From Takakia lepidozioides (lineage: Eukaryota > Plantae > Bryophyta), in NCBI GenBank assembly GCA_030704615.1, contig CM060732.1:23250001-23314000 (forward strand): 64,000 nt of DNA, given 5' to 3'. The stretch's first letter is position 1. Each line of letters opens with the position of its first letter. Both the position numbers and the translations under genes were made by a program. Positions 1 to 14,830 of the stretch are shown piece after piece. The notes beneath the pieces are model-generated. The model searched no databases, was not told the origin of the DNA, and saw only the letters and a list, made by a program, of their open reading frames with translations.

Positions 1-3000
1 CAGGCGTCCAAGGTCTATCATGCAGGTTGAAACTTGCAGAAGGCCTCGGCCCACCATTGCTCTGAACTTCACCATGATTTCATCTATAGTTCCCTCATGA
101 CTTCCTCTAGGTCTGGTTCCAGTTTGGGGTGAATGAGCAGTGATCCTCATTCCCCCAATAATCTCTCTGCACTGCCCATTCCTGTAGGCTGTGGCATCAC
201 CACCTGGTCTCAAGCACATAAAGATGGTGGCAAATTCTCCCCCCAACACCTCCATTTCATCTGTACGTGTACAACCTTCAGGATCTATTGAAACATAAAC
301 CTGCTTTGTCAAATTGGAGCGGAATGATAAGGATAATGGCTCTGAAAATAGGTTATGAAGCTTTAAAGGAACTACTTTCTCACCCCTTGGGGCATTGATG
401 AAGCAAAAACCCATGTCCAAAGTGGCACCATCATGCAGGTCAGGGAGCCGTAGGTAGTGGATTCTGCGAGGCACCATGGTGATGTTCACTTGACTCTCGA
501 CAAGGCACAATGAACTTTGGATGTGGATTTTGTATGATTGCCTGCCAGGCCTTACTGGCTTGCAAATAAGCTTTGCACTAACTGACCCATGTCCGTCAAT
601 TCGTCCAGATGAAGGACTTACAGACATAATAGAATCAAGCAGAGAAGTGGTTTGCAACTGTCCAGCCTTGTTGTAGAGGGTAGCTGACGTATCACTTGTT
701 TGTAACCTGAAATTCTCCCGTGACTTCTCCGTTGCTCCAGAGGAGGATGGAAGGGATGCTGCAGGTGCTATCTTTATCCTATACTCAACTTGAATTCCAC
801 TCCTATTCTTTATCAACAAATCTTTTTTCAGAACAGTGGAGAGGTCTGACTCAGGAAACACAACATGAGAAGGCGTAACTTTGAGCACCCTTTCCAGCTG
901 CCTGACCTGCACTAGCAACTGCAACCTTGTCCCCTCATCAGGCTGTGCATGTAATGTCAACACTCCTGTACCACTGTTCAAGGGAGGACTCCCATCCAAT
1001 TCACACAAGGAGCGCTCCCAGTTGCCAAAGCCGGTGTCACTTGCCAGTGAAAACTGAGATGCTTGCAAAAGATCCTGTGAAGACTCATCCAAAAGACGTA
1101 GTGTTACCCACTGAGCCATGGCACCTTTAAGGCATGTTGATGCCAGAAACATGGGTGTGTCACTACCAGGTGCTTCTGACTGTTTGCTGTCAACCTGTTG
1201 CCATGGAAGTTGCTTTGGTTGCAATGCGGAAGGCAGGTCACACAAGGCTCCCCTTCTTGGGAGCTCTCTTGACAAGACAGAGTCCACCCCTGGACTCCCT
1301 TCTTCGACAGGCTTGAAATGAACATCGCTGACCCACAACTCAAGGTCATGGGCCTCCCCTTTCCACATGAGATTAAACTGAATCCACAAGTCGTGTGAAC
1401 ACAATGACCTCAACACAAACGATGCTTCCATTTTCTCACCATCGATGCAGTCTTCCAGAACAACCTCCCCAACAAAGTTCACCTTGTCTAGCATGCTCTT
1501 ATCCTCTGAGATTTCAACCGAATTAAATAACAAACTTCTTGCCAATGCTGCTGCTGAGGACAAGTCCATCAATGCATCGGTCTCCCCATGCTTAGGCTCA
1601 TGAATTGAACCCGCCTCAAAATTTTCATGTTGTAGCAACTCCACTTTGAAAAGAGCCTCATCGGTGGAGAAGCTGCTAACACTCCCAGCTCGGCTAACAA
1701 AATTGCTTCTCTCCTCTATGGCAGATGGATCATCCACATTGTTGAGAGAAACAAGGGGGTCCTCTCGCCAATGCATGATATGGTGCTTTGAGCCCCAAAC
1801 GTCAGTCTCCAGCGTTCGCTCGAAGGCCATTGAGAGCCTGGGAGAAGTTACTGCAGGAGAACAAAGAATCTCATTTGAAACTAATGCCAACGCATCAAAA
1901 CCAGATAATGAAGAAGAGAGAGTAGATGAGGACGTCTTCCTCAAAGGATGTTGATCGGAAATTGATTTTGGAGTCTGGCCACCAAGAGGAGATGGAGGGG
2001 CAGAGCTATCAGGTGAAAGACTTGGAGACACCTCCATTAGCATGTGGAGCTGTAAAGCATAGGAAACTTTGATTAGAATTCTCGACATTTATGACTCTCC
2101 TGGAGGAACACACGGACAGGAAACTTACAATTTCAAATGCCCTGCTATTTGCTCCACCAACTACACTTTGTGCTCACACATGAACTTTGTTAGCACTTTG
2201 AATCTACACCAGCACTACACTTCTGTGAAACTTGAAAAAAAAAAGTGTACGTACTGGTTTCAGTGATCTCGAGTCACTATCTTCATGATAAGTGGTATCT
2301 GAACAGACAGTTCCTTCAAAATAAACTTCTTGGACTACATCCTGCAGCATATGAGGTAAAAAAACTGGTCAGTATTCGACCCCTTCTGTATCATTACCTG
2401 CACTTAAATTAGAACTACAGAAGGTACCAAGGATCACCCAGTATCACACCAAATTTAAATCGAACCTAGTACATCGACAATGGGTAAGAAGTGCACACCA
2501 TTTTTCCAACAATATGATATGAGATACATACAAGCTACTGGAGAAAGACTGTGAATGGAAGATTAAGGATCACCTCCAGAAGAGAGAGCTTTTACTGTAC
2601 AGACACTGTCTGACAGCAGCTCATACCTGATTTTTACTTTCGTATGCAAGAAAAACCCCATGAATTCTCTTGCCCAAAGGTGTGGCTTCTGGTAGCAAAG
2701 CAAAGCAACTCACGAGGATGACCTATAAAAGAAGGTGACAAGGAGGAAATTGGCAAAGTCAGAACATCAGACACCTAGAGCACAGTTGACCTCCAGGAAC
2801 TGTACAGCAACATGTACTCAGCTAGCATTAAAATCGGAAAGCTCTAGATTGCCAAAGCTTTCATCCTACAATAAGAATTCCTCGAGAGAGTTTACAAACA
2901 TATCCTTACCAATCATTTAGAAACAAACTACCTCAAAGCTGGTGTGAAGAAACTCCACTTATGTAATCCTCAAAGAATCAGAATGGCAAATCAAGCACCT

Positions 3001-6000
3001 GAAACTCAAATTGTTTAAGCCACTGCTTACCTGCGATTCACCAGCCTTCAAAGTGAAACTGATAAAACCATCTGACCCCTTTGGAAGAGAGTTTCGCCCC
3101 TTATCAGATGTGAAAATCACCTCCCCACTTCCTGGACTAATCTCAGAACCAGTTTGTTTATTGATTCCGCCCCCAATCTCCACCCCCAAATCCTCGCCTA
3201 AAGCTCCATCCTCAACCTTCTCACCTCCAGTTACTGTTTCTTTGGCCTTCAGCTCATCAATTTGCCGCCGCACCTTCGCTGCCTTGTCTGCTTTGCCTTT
3301 CCGCTCATAGGCCAGGCCTTTCCTCTCTAAGGATTCAATGGCTTCCTGCTCAGGTGGGATTTGACCCCGGGATGCAGGTTTCTTTGGCTCCAGTATAAAC
3401 CTCAACTTTGGAACAGGATTTGCAACATTTGTTTCAGGCATCGCTCTGGATCCTTGCTCAGCACACCCAAGATCTATTGACTTCAACATGAAGGTTCTGG
3501 ACTGCTTGCTGGTGTTCAACAACACAAAGCTTTGAGGAGTCGACCACTGGCCTGATATGATGGCCCCAAGGTCAATGCTGCTGGTGTTAAGCTGGTATGT
3601 GTCAGCCCGGCTGATATTTGCCTTCAAAGTTACCACCTGGTCGTTGGTAGGGTCATACACATTGCTCACTACAAGAGTCTCATGGAAGGAACCTCCCAAG
3701 GAGGGCTGGAAGACAAAATTTATTTCCTGGTTACTGTGAGGCTGCAACACCCCGGTACGCCCATCCATGATGTGTATATCACCCGATGCAATAGACCCTG
3801 CATTCAATATGACAGGATTGTCAAAAGCTGGTCAAACTGTAGAACTGCAGAAAAAGCGCAACATATTTGTGGAGGCACATGTACCACTTTTGGCATGAAG
3901 AGTCTTTTGATCAGGCTGACCCTTTGGAGATTATGGAGCTCACGTATCTAAGCATCCAGTTGACAAAGGCTGCATTTGAGGCTCATCCCACCTGAAAGGT
4001 TTGGAGGACTACAATGCTCTGGCCAGTACTAGATATGCAGACAGATTTCAGTGCTCATCAGTCAAGCATAAGGCTTGAAAAAACACAGTTGCCACCGGGG
4101 TGCATTGGTCTTGAGGGGCAGGAGAAAAGTAAGACTGAGCCTTAGGCTGAGAAGAATACAGTTTTCCAGTTGACTTGGACTAAAGATAAGAGTTGCAGAC
4201 TTAGGCTGCGCTTGAAGCTGCCTAAGTTGCTCTTGGGTGCCCACATCATTTTGCAGTCCACCCATAGTTGACTCCCAAGTTGTAGATGTAAATACTGCTT
4301 ACTTAATGCATTGTTTTTCTCCTCTCCTGGGACAAGGAATGTTTTGCAGTCAGACTTGGGCAACTAAACATTGGACTAAAATGTTGTCACCCCTTGAACT
4401 AGCAAACAACCTTTCCCCGTAGTCAATCGAAGGACATTCATAATGTTTGATCTTTGTATGGTCCAATAATCCTGAAGCTATTGAATATCATTTAATCTGA
4501 TCTTATGCTACACATGTGTAAGATACAGCAGAAGTACATACCTGTTTTCTTGATCTTGTATGGGAGTGGGACATCTGAGACATTATTGAGTACCAAAGTC
4601 TTTGCTCGATGCTCATTAGTAAGCATCTTCCCAAAACTGATATTCTTTTGTGCTAATGACAACACCGCTCGACAAACCTGTGTATCACAAGCACAATTAT
4701 TGAGATAGGGGAAACAGAAAACATTGATATTCAATACAGAGAAATCCACAAAAGCCAGCCTGAACAACAAAGCTGCATTCCAATAAGCTTGGACCTGAGG
4801 TCCTTCAATTATATGTCAGTTTCTTCCATCAAAGCTTATTTATATAGAAGTATACCTTAATTTGTATAGGTAACTCTCGTGTTAAAAGATCCTCGTCTAT
4901 GGCAGGCTCTAAGAACCCAGGTTCCACATGTTCCTGGCGCTCCCTGTCATACTCCAATAAGTGAATAGTCACCTGTAGATATCTTGTCCCAGTTAGCTCT
5001 CCTTGGAGACAATCTGAAACTTGAACCTCACAATTGGTACATCTCACAAACGCCAAATGTTTTTCTGTGAATCAATCATTTTTGTCCTTCATTTCTCACT
5101 TTATTTCAACCATACCTCTTGCTGTTTGTGAGGAGGAAAGATAGTGTCGTGGGGATGACTTCAGGTTAGGAGATTCAGAAAGTCTTGAGCCTTCAAATTG
5201 GTACATCTCAAAGATCAACCATGCCCCTTGCTATTTCTGAGAAGGAAAGACACTATTGTGTGGGGGTGGTTTCAGGTTGACAGTGTTTTTCTGGCCTTCA
5301 ATTTGCTCATGTCATCAGTAATGCTGAGGTATCTCAAACCATGATTGTTGACGCTTTTATTCCAGACTAACCTAGGCAAAGTTTCTCAGTCAATATGCAA
5401 CACCTCCAGAGCCATAATACAGCATCCCTAAATGAAACCGCTTCAGTGACTCAATTGCTCTTTTAAAAATGATAGACGAATTTGCATGACAATGCTCACC
5501 CACCTTTGTTGTAAGCTTTTGAAGACGCCCTTGTAAGGAGGGATGAGACTGTCCATCCACAACCAGCACAACATACAAGTTTCTGCTTTCTCCAGGTAGG
5601 AGCTCAAGCTTTCCAAGAGGGACCAGAGTTCGTGGAACATCTTCTAAAGCATGCATAGTGAGCTCCCTGTCCCTGATGTGGTTATCAATATGCTGACACA
5701 CACAAGAACATGAAGTAGCTGTGAGTTATAGGGGCAGTCAAAGCCTACAGTTGCCCAGACAGCCCTGTCCTTTACGACAGTAAACCAATGTGTAAACTTT
5801 TTGAAGCATGCCGGAGCATACAAAAGCTATTCTGAAAAGCTGCAGGTAAAGTCTCAGTATTAAGTAATCACAATGCTCCTCCTTATTGACTCTTTCAGTC
5901 TGAAGATAAAGCTCAATCCGCAATTGATGCAACCATTAACAGTATCAGATTGGTGCCCCAAGGAAAAAACCGTTAACTTCCATTTGAGCTTCTCAGGCAC

Positions 6001-9000
6001 ACCAAAGCTGCTTCACAAACTCCCGGGTGATGCCCAAGTGAAGGGCACCTGTGTAGATCCACTGGCGCCTTGAGGCCATTACCCACTTACCTAATCCTAG
6101 AGAGCATGTACTAGAGCACAGACACCTCACCTGCAATTAAGACAGAAAAGCCACTTACAGCGACCTGTTGTTCACGGATGATGGCATTGGCTTGAGTCAT
6201 AGAGAAAACAGAGAGGGACTTGTCTTTGCAATAAGAGTTTAAGAAGCAAGCCACGAGTTAGTGAAAGGACCTTCTTCACAGCATCCTCGTCTGCAAAAGA
6301 GTTGTTGGAGATTGAAGCATGTCCAAGTCGCTTTAGCACATCTTCAATGTATTCGTCTTGAGACAAGTCTTGTTGGGAGGAGGCAAGAATCTTCTCTGCT
6401 TCCACAGCAACACTGAGCATGGCATCACTTTGAACTCTTTTCAAGGATGTCACTGGCTGCTCTTGGGCAGAGCTCGCAAAAGGCTTCAAGTTGGCGAGGG
6501 CATCACCCTGTGTTTGGACCTGCCCAGCAATCGTCTCTGACGCAAGTGTTCTAGGCTCAAGTGCCTTGTGTGTGAGACTTCTTGAGAATGGGCTGGTTGC
6601 TAGATCAAGAGACATCCTGACAAATGAGGAAAGAGTAACATCAGAAAAGGAAGAATGCACCAACGATCTGATTAGTAGGCTCTCAAAATATGCATAGTAA
6701 CATAAAGGATTGAGAAGGCATTAGTTGTTGCAAGCAAAGAAAGCTATCCAGTGATAAGTTACTGGATGCCTTAATAACTGAATGCTGGACCTCCAGCTGT
6801 GGCTTTCTAGTGAACGGTATCACTGCAACCAGAGGGCACCACCAGCTTCGTCATTGACCATTCAAACGTACAGATGAGTACATTCCTGAATATGCCTGGA
6901 GTGTGCAGCTTCTAATCCTGAAATACTTGAAAACTGCGAACCATTCCAAACCTGTAACAGGCAATAAAACTCCATCCCGCCAGAAACATTTTGCAGCAGC
7001 CACAAACACATGAAAAAAGAAACTCCATTACACAGATGCACTAATGGTACCCACCTCATTCTTGTCTTCCTTTCAGATGCAGAGAATGGATGTCTTGGAG
7101 GCATAGCCTTTGTATGACCCTGTTGCACAAGAAATGGAGCAGAGTCGACGATTGCTTTACTCAGTCGAGGCTGTGATTCTTCAAGGGTTTCGAGAATTTT
7201 CTCCTTGTTCACTGATGCTGCATAAGCTCTTGATATACACAAACAGCATACAATTCATTCTCACTCTCTGTCCAAGGCATGCCTGTCCTCTACAATAGAC
7301 ATCAGCACATAACAACATAACTAATGCAAAAACCTCTTTTTAGTATGGTCATTATCTCACAAAAGTAATCGGGTAACAAATAATCAAGAATAGACTATCT
7401 ATCCAGAAGCAGGAAAGGAGGCCTCCGTATAGAAATGCAAACAAGAAATCCCTTGGGCAGAGGTAAGACACAAACCTCTTTCGGTTCTCATGATAATCCT
7501 CATCACTTCCTTCACTAGAAAGGCTGCATGTGTCCGCAAATGCTTGATCTCCATACTCCAAAGATGTTTCCTCTCTTAACAGATAGATACCCAGCTCTTC
7601 ACGCAAGGATGTGTTAAAGTCCAGTGTCAGGTCCTTGTCGGTAATGTTCTCAACTGAAAGTATCTTTACACATGGGTTATTGACAACGACACTGTTTGCC
7701 AAACCAACATAAACAAAATTAGTGGGTTACCAAACCGACCATCACTGATCAGACTATAGGTCATTCACGTACTCAACAACATGGCATATCACTCCAAATG
7801 CCTTAGGAGGCTTTTGTCCATAAACCCACAGTAGAACTGGAAATTGACATTAACGGAAACTTCCCACATGCTTGAACAAAGCTAGTGATAGGGATTCGCA
7901 CTTGCTTATGGAGTTCTAGAGGTCACCTGTCAAAGCTGAGGGAGTTGCTCATTGATGGAGTCTGTAGCTTGTAGTAAAGAGAGTGAAAAAGAACATGGTG
8001 GCGGTCCATAATTTTAGCTCGAACTTCCAGAACTTGATTATTGTCTTTGTTCCGAAGATTGTCAACCCTAATTTGTTTCCTGTATTTGTGGTTAATCTTT
8101 AGTGGCACAAGCTCTATATCCAGGCTGTGTGTCTGGTGTGGCGGAATTGCAACACGTTCTGCTTTGCTTTTGAAACTCAAGATTGTGGAAGTTACATATG
8201 AAGTGATAAGAGCTGGGAGATCGGAGAGATTCAGAATCTGCACACTTGACGCTTTTGGTGAACCAATGTTACAATCACCAAAGTTGAGCTCCTGAGTTGT
8301 AAGCTTCACGACTGAAGTACATATCTGTGCTTTACACTAAACACATCCAGAGACAGACAGTGCGTGTATCAGTCAAACCCAGTCAAGGATTGGGTCAATG
8401 AAAACAACACACGAGTTGCTTGAAGTTGTGTCGAGAATCGCAAGCATAGAATGCACAACATGCAGTGAAGTGATTGTTACAAACTCGATGCTGTCTATTA
8501 AGCCTGCATGACTGCAGGAGAAAGAAGGGCTGTGTTTGTGTGAATAGATAAACAGCACCATATTTTGAACAGGAAGTCATATTTTGTTTTAAAATTTGTT
8601 CAACCAATCATATGAGAATTATCTTGAAGCTAACAATGTTATCTGTTACATACCTGAATTATCTTGGAGAAACGCTGTTTGCTATGGCCCTTCTTTTCGA
8701 CACATTTAAGAGAGAGTCGGAAACTCTTCCTTTGCAACTTTGCTGCTTTTGCTTCATCAGCCGCACCCGCAGGGTAGAGCCAGACAAGAAGGTTTTTCTC
8801 CTCACCCCTTCCGAGAGAAAGGGCTTCCACCACACTCTTCCTGTTAAGTCTGACACTGGGACCAATAGAGTTACCCTGCATACCAGAAGAGCACTCCAAG
8901 CCATTAACTCCAACATCTCTTCACCAGCAAAACACCATGGTTGTATCTCAAAGGGTACTCACCTCTGTTTTTAGCACCTCTCAGGTAGCACTGTTACTTT

Positions 9001-12000
9001 CATTAGTCACTTAGATGATTTCAAATGAGCATGTGAGCCATCTTACAGTATCTAATCAGTAAGCTCCTCAAATCAGCATGTGTGGCTCATCATCATCCAA
9101 ACCCACTCTCTTTGTGTGACTCAAAGCTACAGGTTTCAGGCACTCCTGGTATGCTCGAGTGGACAGTTTATATCAGCGCAACGGGCTCTCTACTGCTTCC
9201 CTATTACCAATGAATCCAGAAGGGGTGGACATCACATCCAGACATGACCGCAACAGACTCATTAGGAGAGAGCTTATGGAATTACATGTCAAGAGAACTT
9301 GGAAGCTACCCAATCTCACGACAAAGCTCCACTTCGATCGAGAGACATTCTTGGTGCTCCCAGATGATAGAATCTTGAGGCCAAATTACCTTTCAGCATC
9401 TTTATCTCCTTCCCTCCTGAGGGCATCGGGACGGTTCAGGGTGGGTTCCCACAACCTACGGATAGAGACTGGCAGATGGGAAAACCTGCAACGGGAGGAG
9501 CGCCTATGTCCAGCTTGTATAGGGCGCAGCCGGGAAATTGAAACTGAAGAACACTTCTTCTACTGCCCTCTATACTACGAGATCCGTGGGAGATTCCACT
9601 GTTTATTCAGTGGAACCCAATCTGTCACTGAAGTCTTCCACTATGGGGATCAGAAATGCCCGGCAGCTTACCTGCACGAGGCCTTCACCCTTAGACAATC
9701 ACTAGAACAATAGTTCTTATTCTTGGGTTTTGGTTTTGTTTCCTCTCCCATGTTTTCTTCCATTTTGTCCCATAAGCTCTATGAGCTTTCCACGGACGTT
9801 ATAAAGCACCATTTCATTTCTCTTCAGAGCCCCCGTCTGAAATTCCCAATGTACACAAGACCATGCATGGTTAAGTAGTGCCGTTGTGCTCTCAAAGCTC
9901 TAGAGGCTTCTTGTTTGTTGAAACCCAAAAGATTGAGGGCTAAACTCGTCCATCGCCTTTCAAGCCTGATTTGCAGAATCGTTGCCCATCAAGCTTGCAT
10001 GGTTGGTGTTAATGTGCGTCCTAGCCTCATTTTGCCAGACGAGAGGTCCTCTGAATTTGAAATGCTCTGTACATAGAGATAGCAGAGGAATTCAGTGACC
10101 ATGCTTCTCCGGATTGGCTGCTAATTTTGTCCAACTATTTGAGAAAACTAGCTGCCTCTATAGGTTTACTTGGGGTTGAAAGGCTGTAAAAGTACGAGTT
10201 AAGATCTTTGTGTTAGGAACACAAATCTACTGCTGGGGAAGAGAAGAAACTGCAACAAACGCAGTACTAACCAGATCATCAAGAAGCAGAGTTGCTGTGT
10301 GATCGTCTCCAGTACTGAAAACACCATCTTCATCATGGCTCACTACATCCTTCAAACGAGCTTTAGAAGCAGTTGATAAGAGATCCAGGTCTGCCTGTCG
10401 GTAGAAGGTGACTTGATCGCCTGGAGCATGATCTGTGCTGAGATTGACAATCAGAGCCTGCATGTTGAAACCTTCATCTGAGCATCCCAAAGGCACAAAT
10501 TCAAGGTGCAACACCTACACAAGTAAAAATAGGTGAAAGGAAAAACTACTCCTAACAAAGACCAATACACTGCACCTCCTGGGTGATGTTCCTGAGTGTC
10601 AACAGTTGGCATGTTCCATTTCCAGAGTAGCAATGGCCAAAATCCAGCACTCCATCTTCTCCAACGCCTGTGATCAGAAGTCCATCTTGTCGCTGCTCAG
10701 GGTTCACCTGCACAAGTGCCAGAGAATATATGAGAGTTTTTTATTCCACAGCAGACAATATTTTGCGGAAGAGATCTCCTTAGCTAATCCGCTACCACTC
10801 CCAATGCAGAGATTTTTAGTTATGTTTCAATCGAACTTGATGTACAACTGAAATTTACTGTGGACAACATATGCCATCTCATTCAACGGAGTTCCTGAAA
10901 ATGCTGAGAGAGAAGTCAATGACAGAATATGATTGCAGCATAAGAAAAGCAAGCACCAGGTGATGACTTACAATACACCGAACCGGTAAAGATTTGGAAT
11001 TTCTTTCATCAAAGTTGTTTTCCAGATGTATGAAGTAAGAAAAATCTCCGACTTCCTTGGGCTTGTATGTGACACGAATTCGCCGATGAGCGCAGTCTTT
11101 AATCTCTCCACCAGATATAGGAAGACCAGTGTCATAGTCTGTGAGATCTAGGACCTGCAAACGACCAAATCATATATAGCATAATGAACTGAACTTTGTG
11201 AATCTCACAGCCAAATGCCCTCCATTTCATCTTGCATTGTTGACTTCAGCTTTTGTAACTTCTAGGGCTTTTGTAGTACCTGATTGCACTTGTATAGATA
11301 ACAATTATCGCCAAAAGTCAGTGGTGAATACATACACACCCCTGCATAAACTTCAGAACCTTGTCATCCCGTAAGAAGTATTAATCTGCTGCACAGAAAG
11401 TAGAGTAAGTTGGTATGACATACAGGCTGTTCAGTACGCCCGTTCTTCACATGAAGCTGAAACGAGGATGGGATCTCAGAAAGATTCCAGATGCTGAAGT
11501 CTTTGACAAAAACCCCTCTTGGGACGCAATCCTCAAACACGATCTCAGAAACATCTGTCCTCAATACTGAGCGACACACTGTTGAGTTGAATTGCACAAC
11601 GATATCCTGATGATGTTCAATGCTATCTTCTCCTGGAAAAGTGTCCACGGTCTCGGGAAGCACTGTTGCAGCTAAGAACAGCTTTCCATTGACATGAAAT
11701 GTTTCACTGGCGCTTGAGTTGGTGCGTTTTGGAGAAGGCTCCACCAATCCATTATGACCTAACCTCTGTTAGACAGTATGCACATTGTGACAAACTGGAT
11801 GGACATCCAATTGCAATCATAAAAAAGGATTTGAGAGCACTGCTTTGGAGTAATGAAATGCAAGTTGCTTACTTGATTTGTAGATTTATCATCTTTTTCC
11901 TTGTACTTTCTTGTAGGCTTGGGCAAATCTTGGGAAAACTCAAAAGGTCGAAAAGTAAGTACCACTTGCTGCACTTGCCTTGGCTGTAGAACCACCTCAT

Positions 12001-13232
12001 TCACTAAGTTCACTGTATTAAATAACTGTCAGCCAAAACAAAAACATCTTTCATCAGCTCCCCTTGCAAACCCTTCCACTCAAATAACTCCTTTGACTGG
12101 GAGCCAGCAAAAACATTTCAGCACGAACTTGGCAGAGTATGTTTTTGGTGCATTAACCTCCTGGATTCAAATGTGCGTGCAAGAATACACAGGCCTCTGG
12201 AAGAACTGCTCCTCTAAACATACAAGACACATTTAAGACACTATACATGCACTATACATGTGCATTGGTATACATAGACACTCTACACAGACACTAGACA
12301 CTAGACACGCAGACACAGACACTATACATGCAGACACATTGATATACACAGACACTATACATGGCGCATTGATGCATAACTTGATTCCACTCTGTTCCAA
12401 GCACTCAAAATGAAACAACTTTGGCAACATTCCACAAATTTCTGTAGAAGTTCCTCTCCACCACAAAACAATCAAGCATGTCACCATAACCAGCTACACC
12501 ACAGAACATGCAATACAATCCACATGAAGGCAACGGATTGAGATCTAACTAACTAGGGAAAGCACTTTAGAAGTGAAGAAAAGGAAACACATACCTCATT
12601 GAAGTCATCTGCTAGAAAATTTGCTACAGTTGGCTCAACACTGTTGCCCTCATTGTCAAAATTTTCATTGTGCAGCTGAAATCCAATCTGAGATCCCAGG
12701 TTGCTGTCCAGCACTACACGAAGGGCTTTGTTGCACAGACTGCGTGCTCAAACAATTACTTCACATCGTTAACGGTGACTCCAAACAAACAATTGTCAAA
12801 AAGAAGGAGATCGCTACATGTCACATAAACACTGTCTTTAAACCTGCTTCGGAGGAGCATGTTAGGAAAGGGAGGAGAGGATATTGAACTGTGATCCTTT
12901 GGAACTGAAGAAAAGAAAAGCACTATCTCCCTAAACCTTCCTTTATCAAATCATCCCCTACACTCCCTCAGGAGGAAGCAAATGAAGTCGATGAGGAAAT
13001 CTATCACTCAGCTAACTAGAGCTATCTGCTGGAGGCCAAAGTCAGCTAGAATAACAAATTCTTCGAAGAGCTTCAAACAGGAGGGAAGGCTGGACCTGAC
13101 GAGAGAAAACTTGCGGAGAACATGAAATTCGTTCAAAATAACGTTGTTGAGCTCCATCACATTGTTGGCAATGTCGGTGGCAAACAGGACCTCCGGAGCG
13201 CGCCCTGCACTCACGGCTCCACGGGTCGCCAT
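1..13232 (-). CDS. Large multi-exon gene for an uncharacterised protein with repeated ASH/Hydin-like (PapD-like Ig-fold) domains; 3' end lies beyond the left edge of the window
   Basis: ATG at 13232 (MATRGAVSAGRAPEVLFATD...). A series of GT-AG-bounded minus-strand exons matches ORF-track segments (about 13101-13232, 11424-12015, 10970-11155, 10230-10513, 8650-8920, 7927-8340, 7475-7700, 6220-6670, 4540-4677, 3030-3780, and a long exon 1-2050). Repeated segments such as LNFGDCNIG..SVQILNLSDLPALI, ISFGKMLTNEHRAKTLVLNNVSDVPLPYKI and IVFEDCVPRGVFVKDFSIWNLSEIP look like ASH-type beta-sandwich repeats. Exon limits are approximate. Confidence 0.7.
9110..9800 (+). mobile_element. 5'-truncated non-LTR retrotransposon (LINE) 3' end inserted antisense in an intron
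   Basis: ORF 9159-9713 has RFRVGSHNLRIETGRW...LCPAC...ETEEHFFYCPLY, the Cys/His C-terminal region typical of LINE ORF2 proteins. A short 3' UTR follows and ends in (ATTTC)n-like repeats at ~9790. Confidence 0.8.
12236..12362. repeat. Degenerate intronic microsatellite (AGACAC/TATACATGC units)
   Basis: Repeated agacactatacatgc / agacactagac words are directly visible. Confidence 0.7.
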
Positions 13233-14639
13233 GGCGCGCACCCTCCCACAGCCTTGCCTGCCAGCTGCTTGCAATGACCGGCCAGAAATCAAGAGAGCTT
13301 CTCACCATCCGGGATGTCCCCCCCTGGTTGTCTCTTACCTTTCTTCCGCCCCGCAGGCCCTTCCCTCCCCTATGACAGGAGACGCTATTCAGCTCCAAAT
13401 TACTTTTCCTCTCCTCTCTCAATTGACCAATTTCCTCTCCTCCCTCACTCCCCCTACAACCCCTCCATTCCAAAATGCCTGCACTCCCACATGCGCACAC
13501 ACATGTGACCACAGCAGACATACACACCCACGGAGAGAATGAAACTGAACCTCACAGAGATTCTAAGCTTTTTCACCGTATCTTTTCTCAACAGTCACTT
13601 ATCTCCTTGCTTATCACTCCAAACATCCAACATCCGTAAGCAGCAGGACCTAATCTCAGCCAGATTTGAGCTAAAATTGTACCAAATCCAACACGAGATG
13701 AGATTGTTGCGCAGGATTCTTCTATGCCGTCTTCCGCCTGCTAATTGTTACAACAAGGCATTGACTGATCTGGCCAACTGCGGTTACTACCGGGATTCTA
13801 CTTCACGCCGGACCGATGGTCTTCTCTTAGACCCTGCGGATTTTCTGTCGATCCGACGAGTGCTCCACCAAAGTCAGAGTGTGGAATCTGCATCTGGCTC
13901 AGTAACAGAGACTTCACCTTTACCGACTTACTGTTGAAATCTTCTGCCTCTTATCTTTATACTATTAACAATTTGTTTTCCTTAAAATTTATAACCAATA
14001 TTAGTTGGATATTAAAATTTTATAATCAATATTAAACGTACTTTAATATGTGGTGGCACGTTAGAGAAAGAAAGCTCAAGTAGCCTGCATAACTAAGAGC
14101 CACTTCACCTTATAGCTATTGCCCCTAAAGTAGAACAGAGATAATGGTTATCAGATCTGCCTGTGTAGCGAATTCGGCGCACAATTGCAAAATATCTCAT
14201 CACCTTGGGATTCCGTACATGGGACGACAATTCCAGGGTCACAGTTGCAATTTTCTCCTAAGCTTGCATACGCGTGGCATATATATGTAGTAACGATGCA
14301 ATATTCCATATGGTTAGGCCAGATATGTTGCACCTGGAACGTCATGAGATGAGTTAGGAATAGTTGTCACCAGGTCATAAAGATGGAATTCCGTGGAGCA
14401 AGAGCTGGACCTGAAATGAGTGAACAATTCCGGTGTTTTGGAACCCATCATGGGGGTTTGCATGAAATACTTATATATATTTGATTAACATATAATCTAT
14501 TTATCCCTTTATTCTTTTTTCTTTTTTTCTTTTTTTTAAGAACAGGGAACTGAGGCCCTGGAGAATTTATTCCAAATCCCTTTCTTCCTTGGAAAGAAAA
14601 AAGGGGGACAGAAGCCCTTTTTCTTTAAAATAAATCTAT

Positions 14640-14830
14640 ACCAGCGGGTAGCTCAATTGGATTCAAGTTGTGTCACCCCAGTGGTTTGGGGCTCAAATTC
14701 TGCTACTGTGTCCTGTTTGGTATGGTTTGGCCAGTAAGTTTGGGGATGTATGCTTCATGGTTTATATGATAGGGGGGTTCATCTTCCCCCTCCTCCGTAA
14801 AGGGCCTGAATTGTAAGCTTTGCTCTCAGG
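14640..14830 (+). mobile_element. Degenerate tRNA-derived SINE-like head
   Basis: A-box-like TAGCTCAATTGG at ~14649 and B-box-like GGCTCAAATTC at ~14690. No complete cloverleaf. Confidence 0.35.

Noticed and set aside
13539-13937. Divergent 132-aa ORF upstream of the host gene
   Set aside because: No recognisable motif or coding signature.
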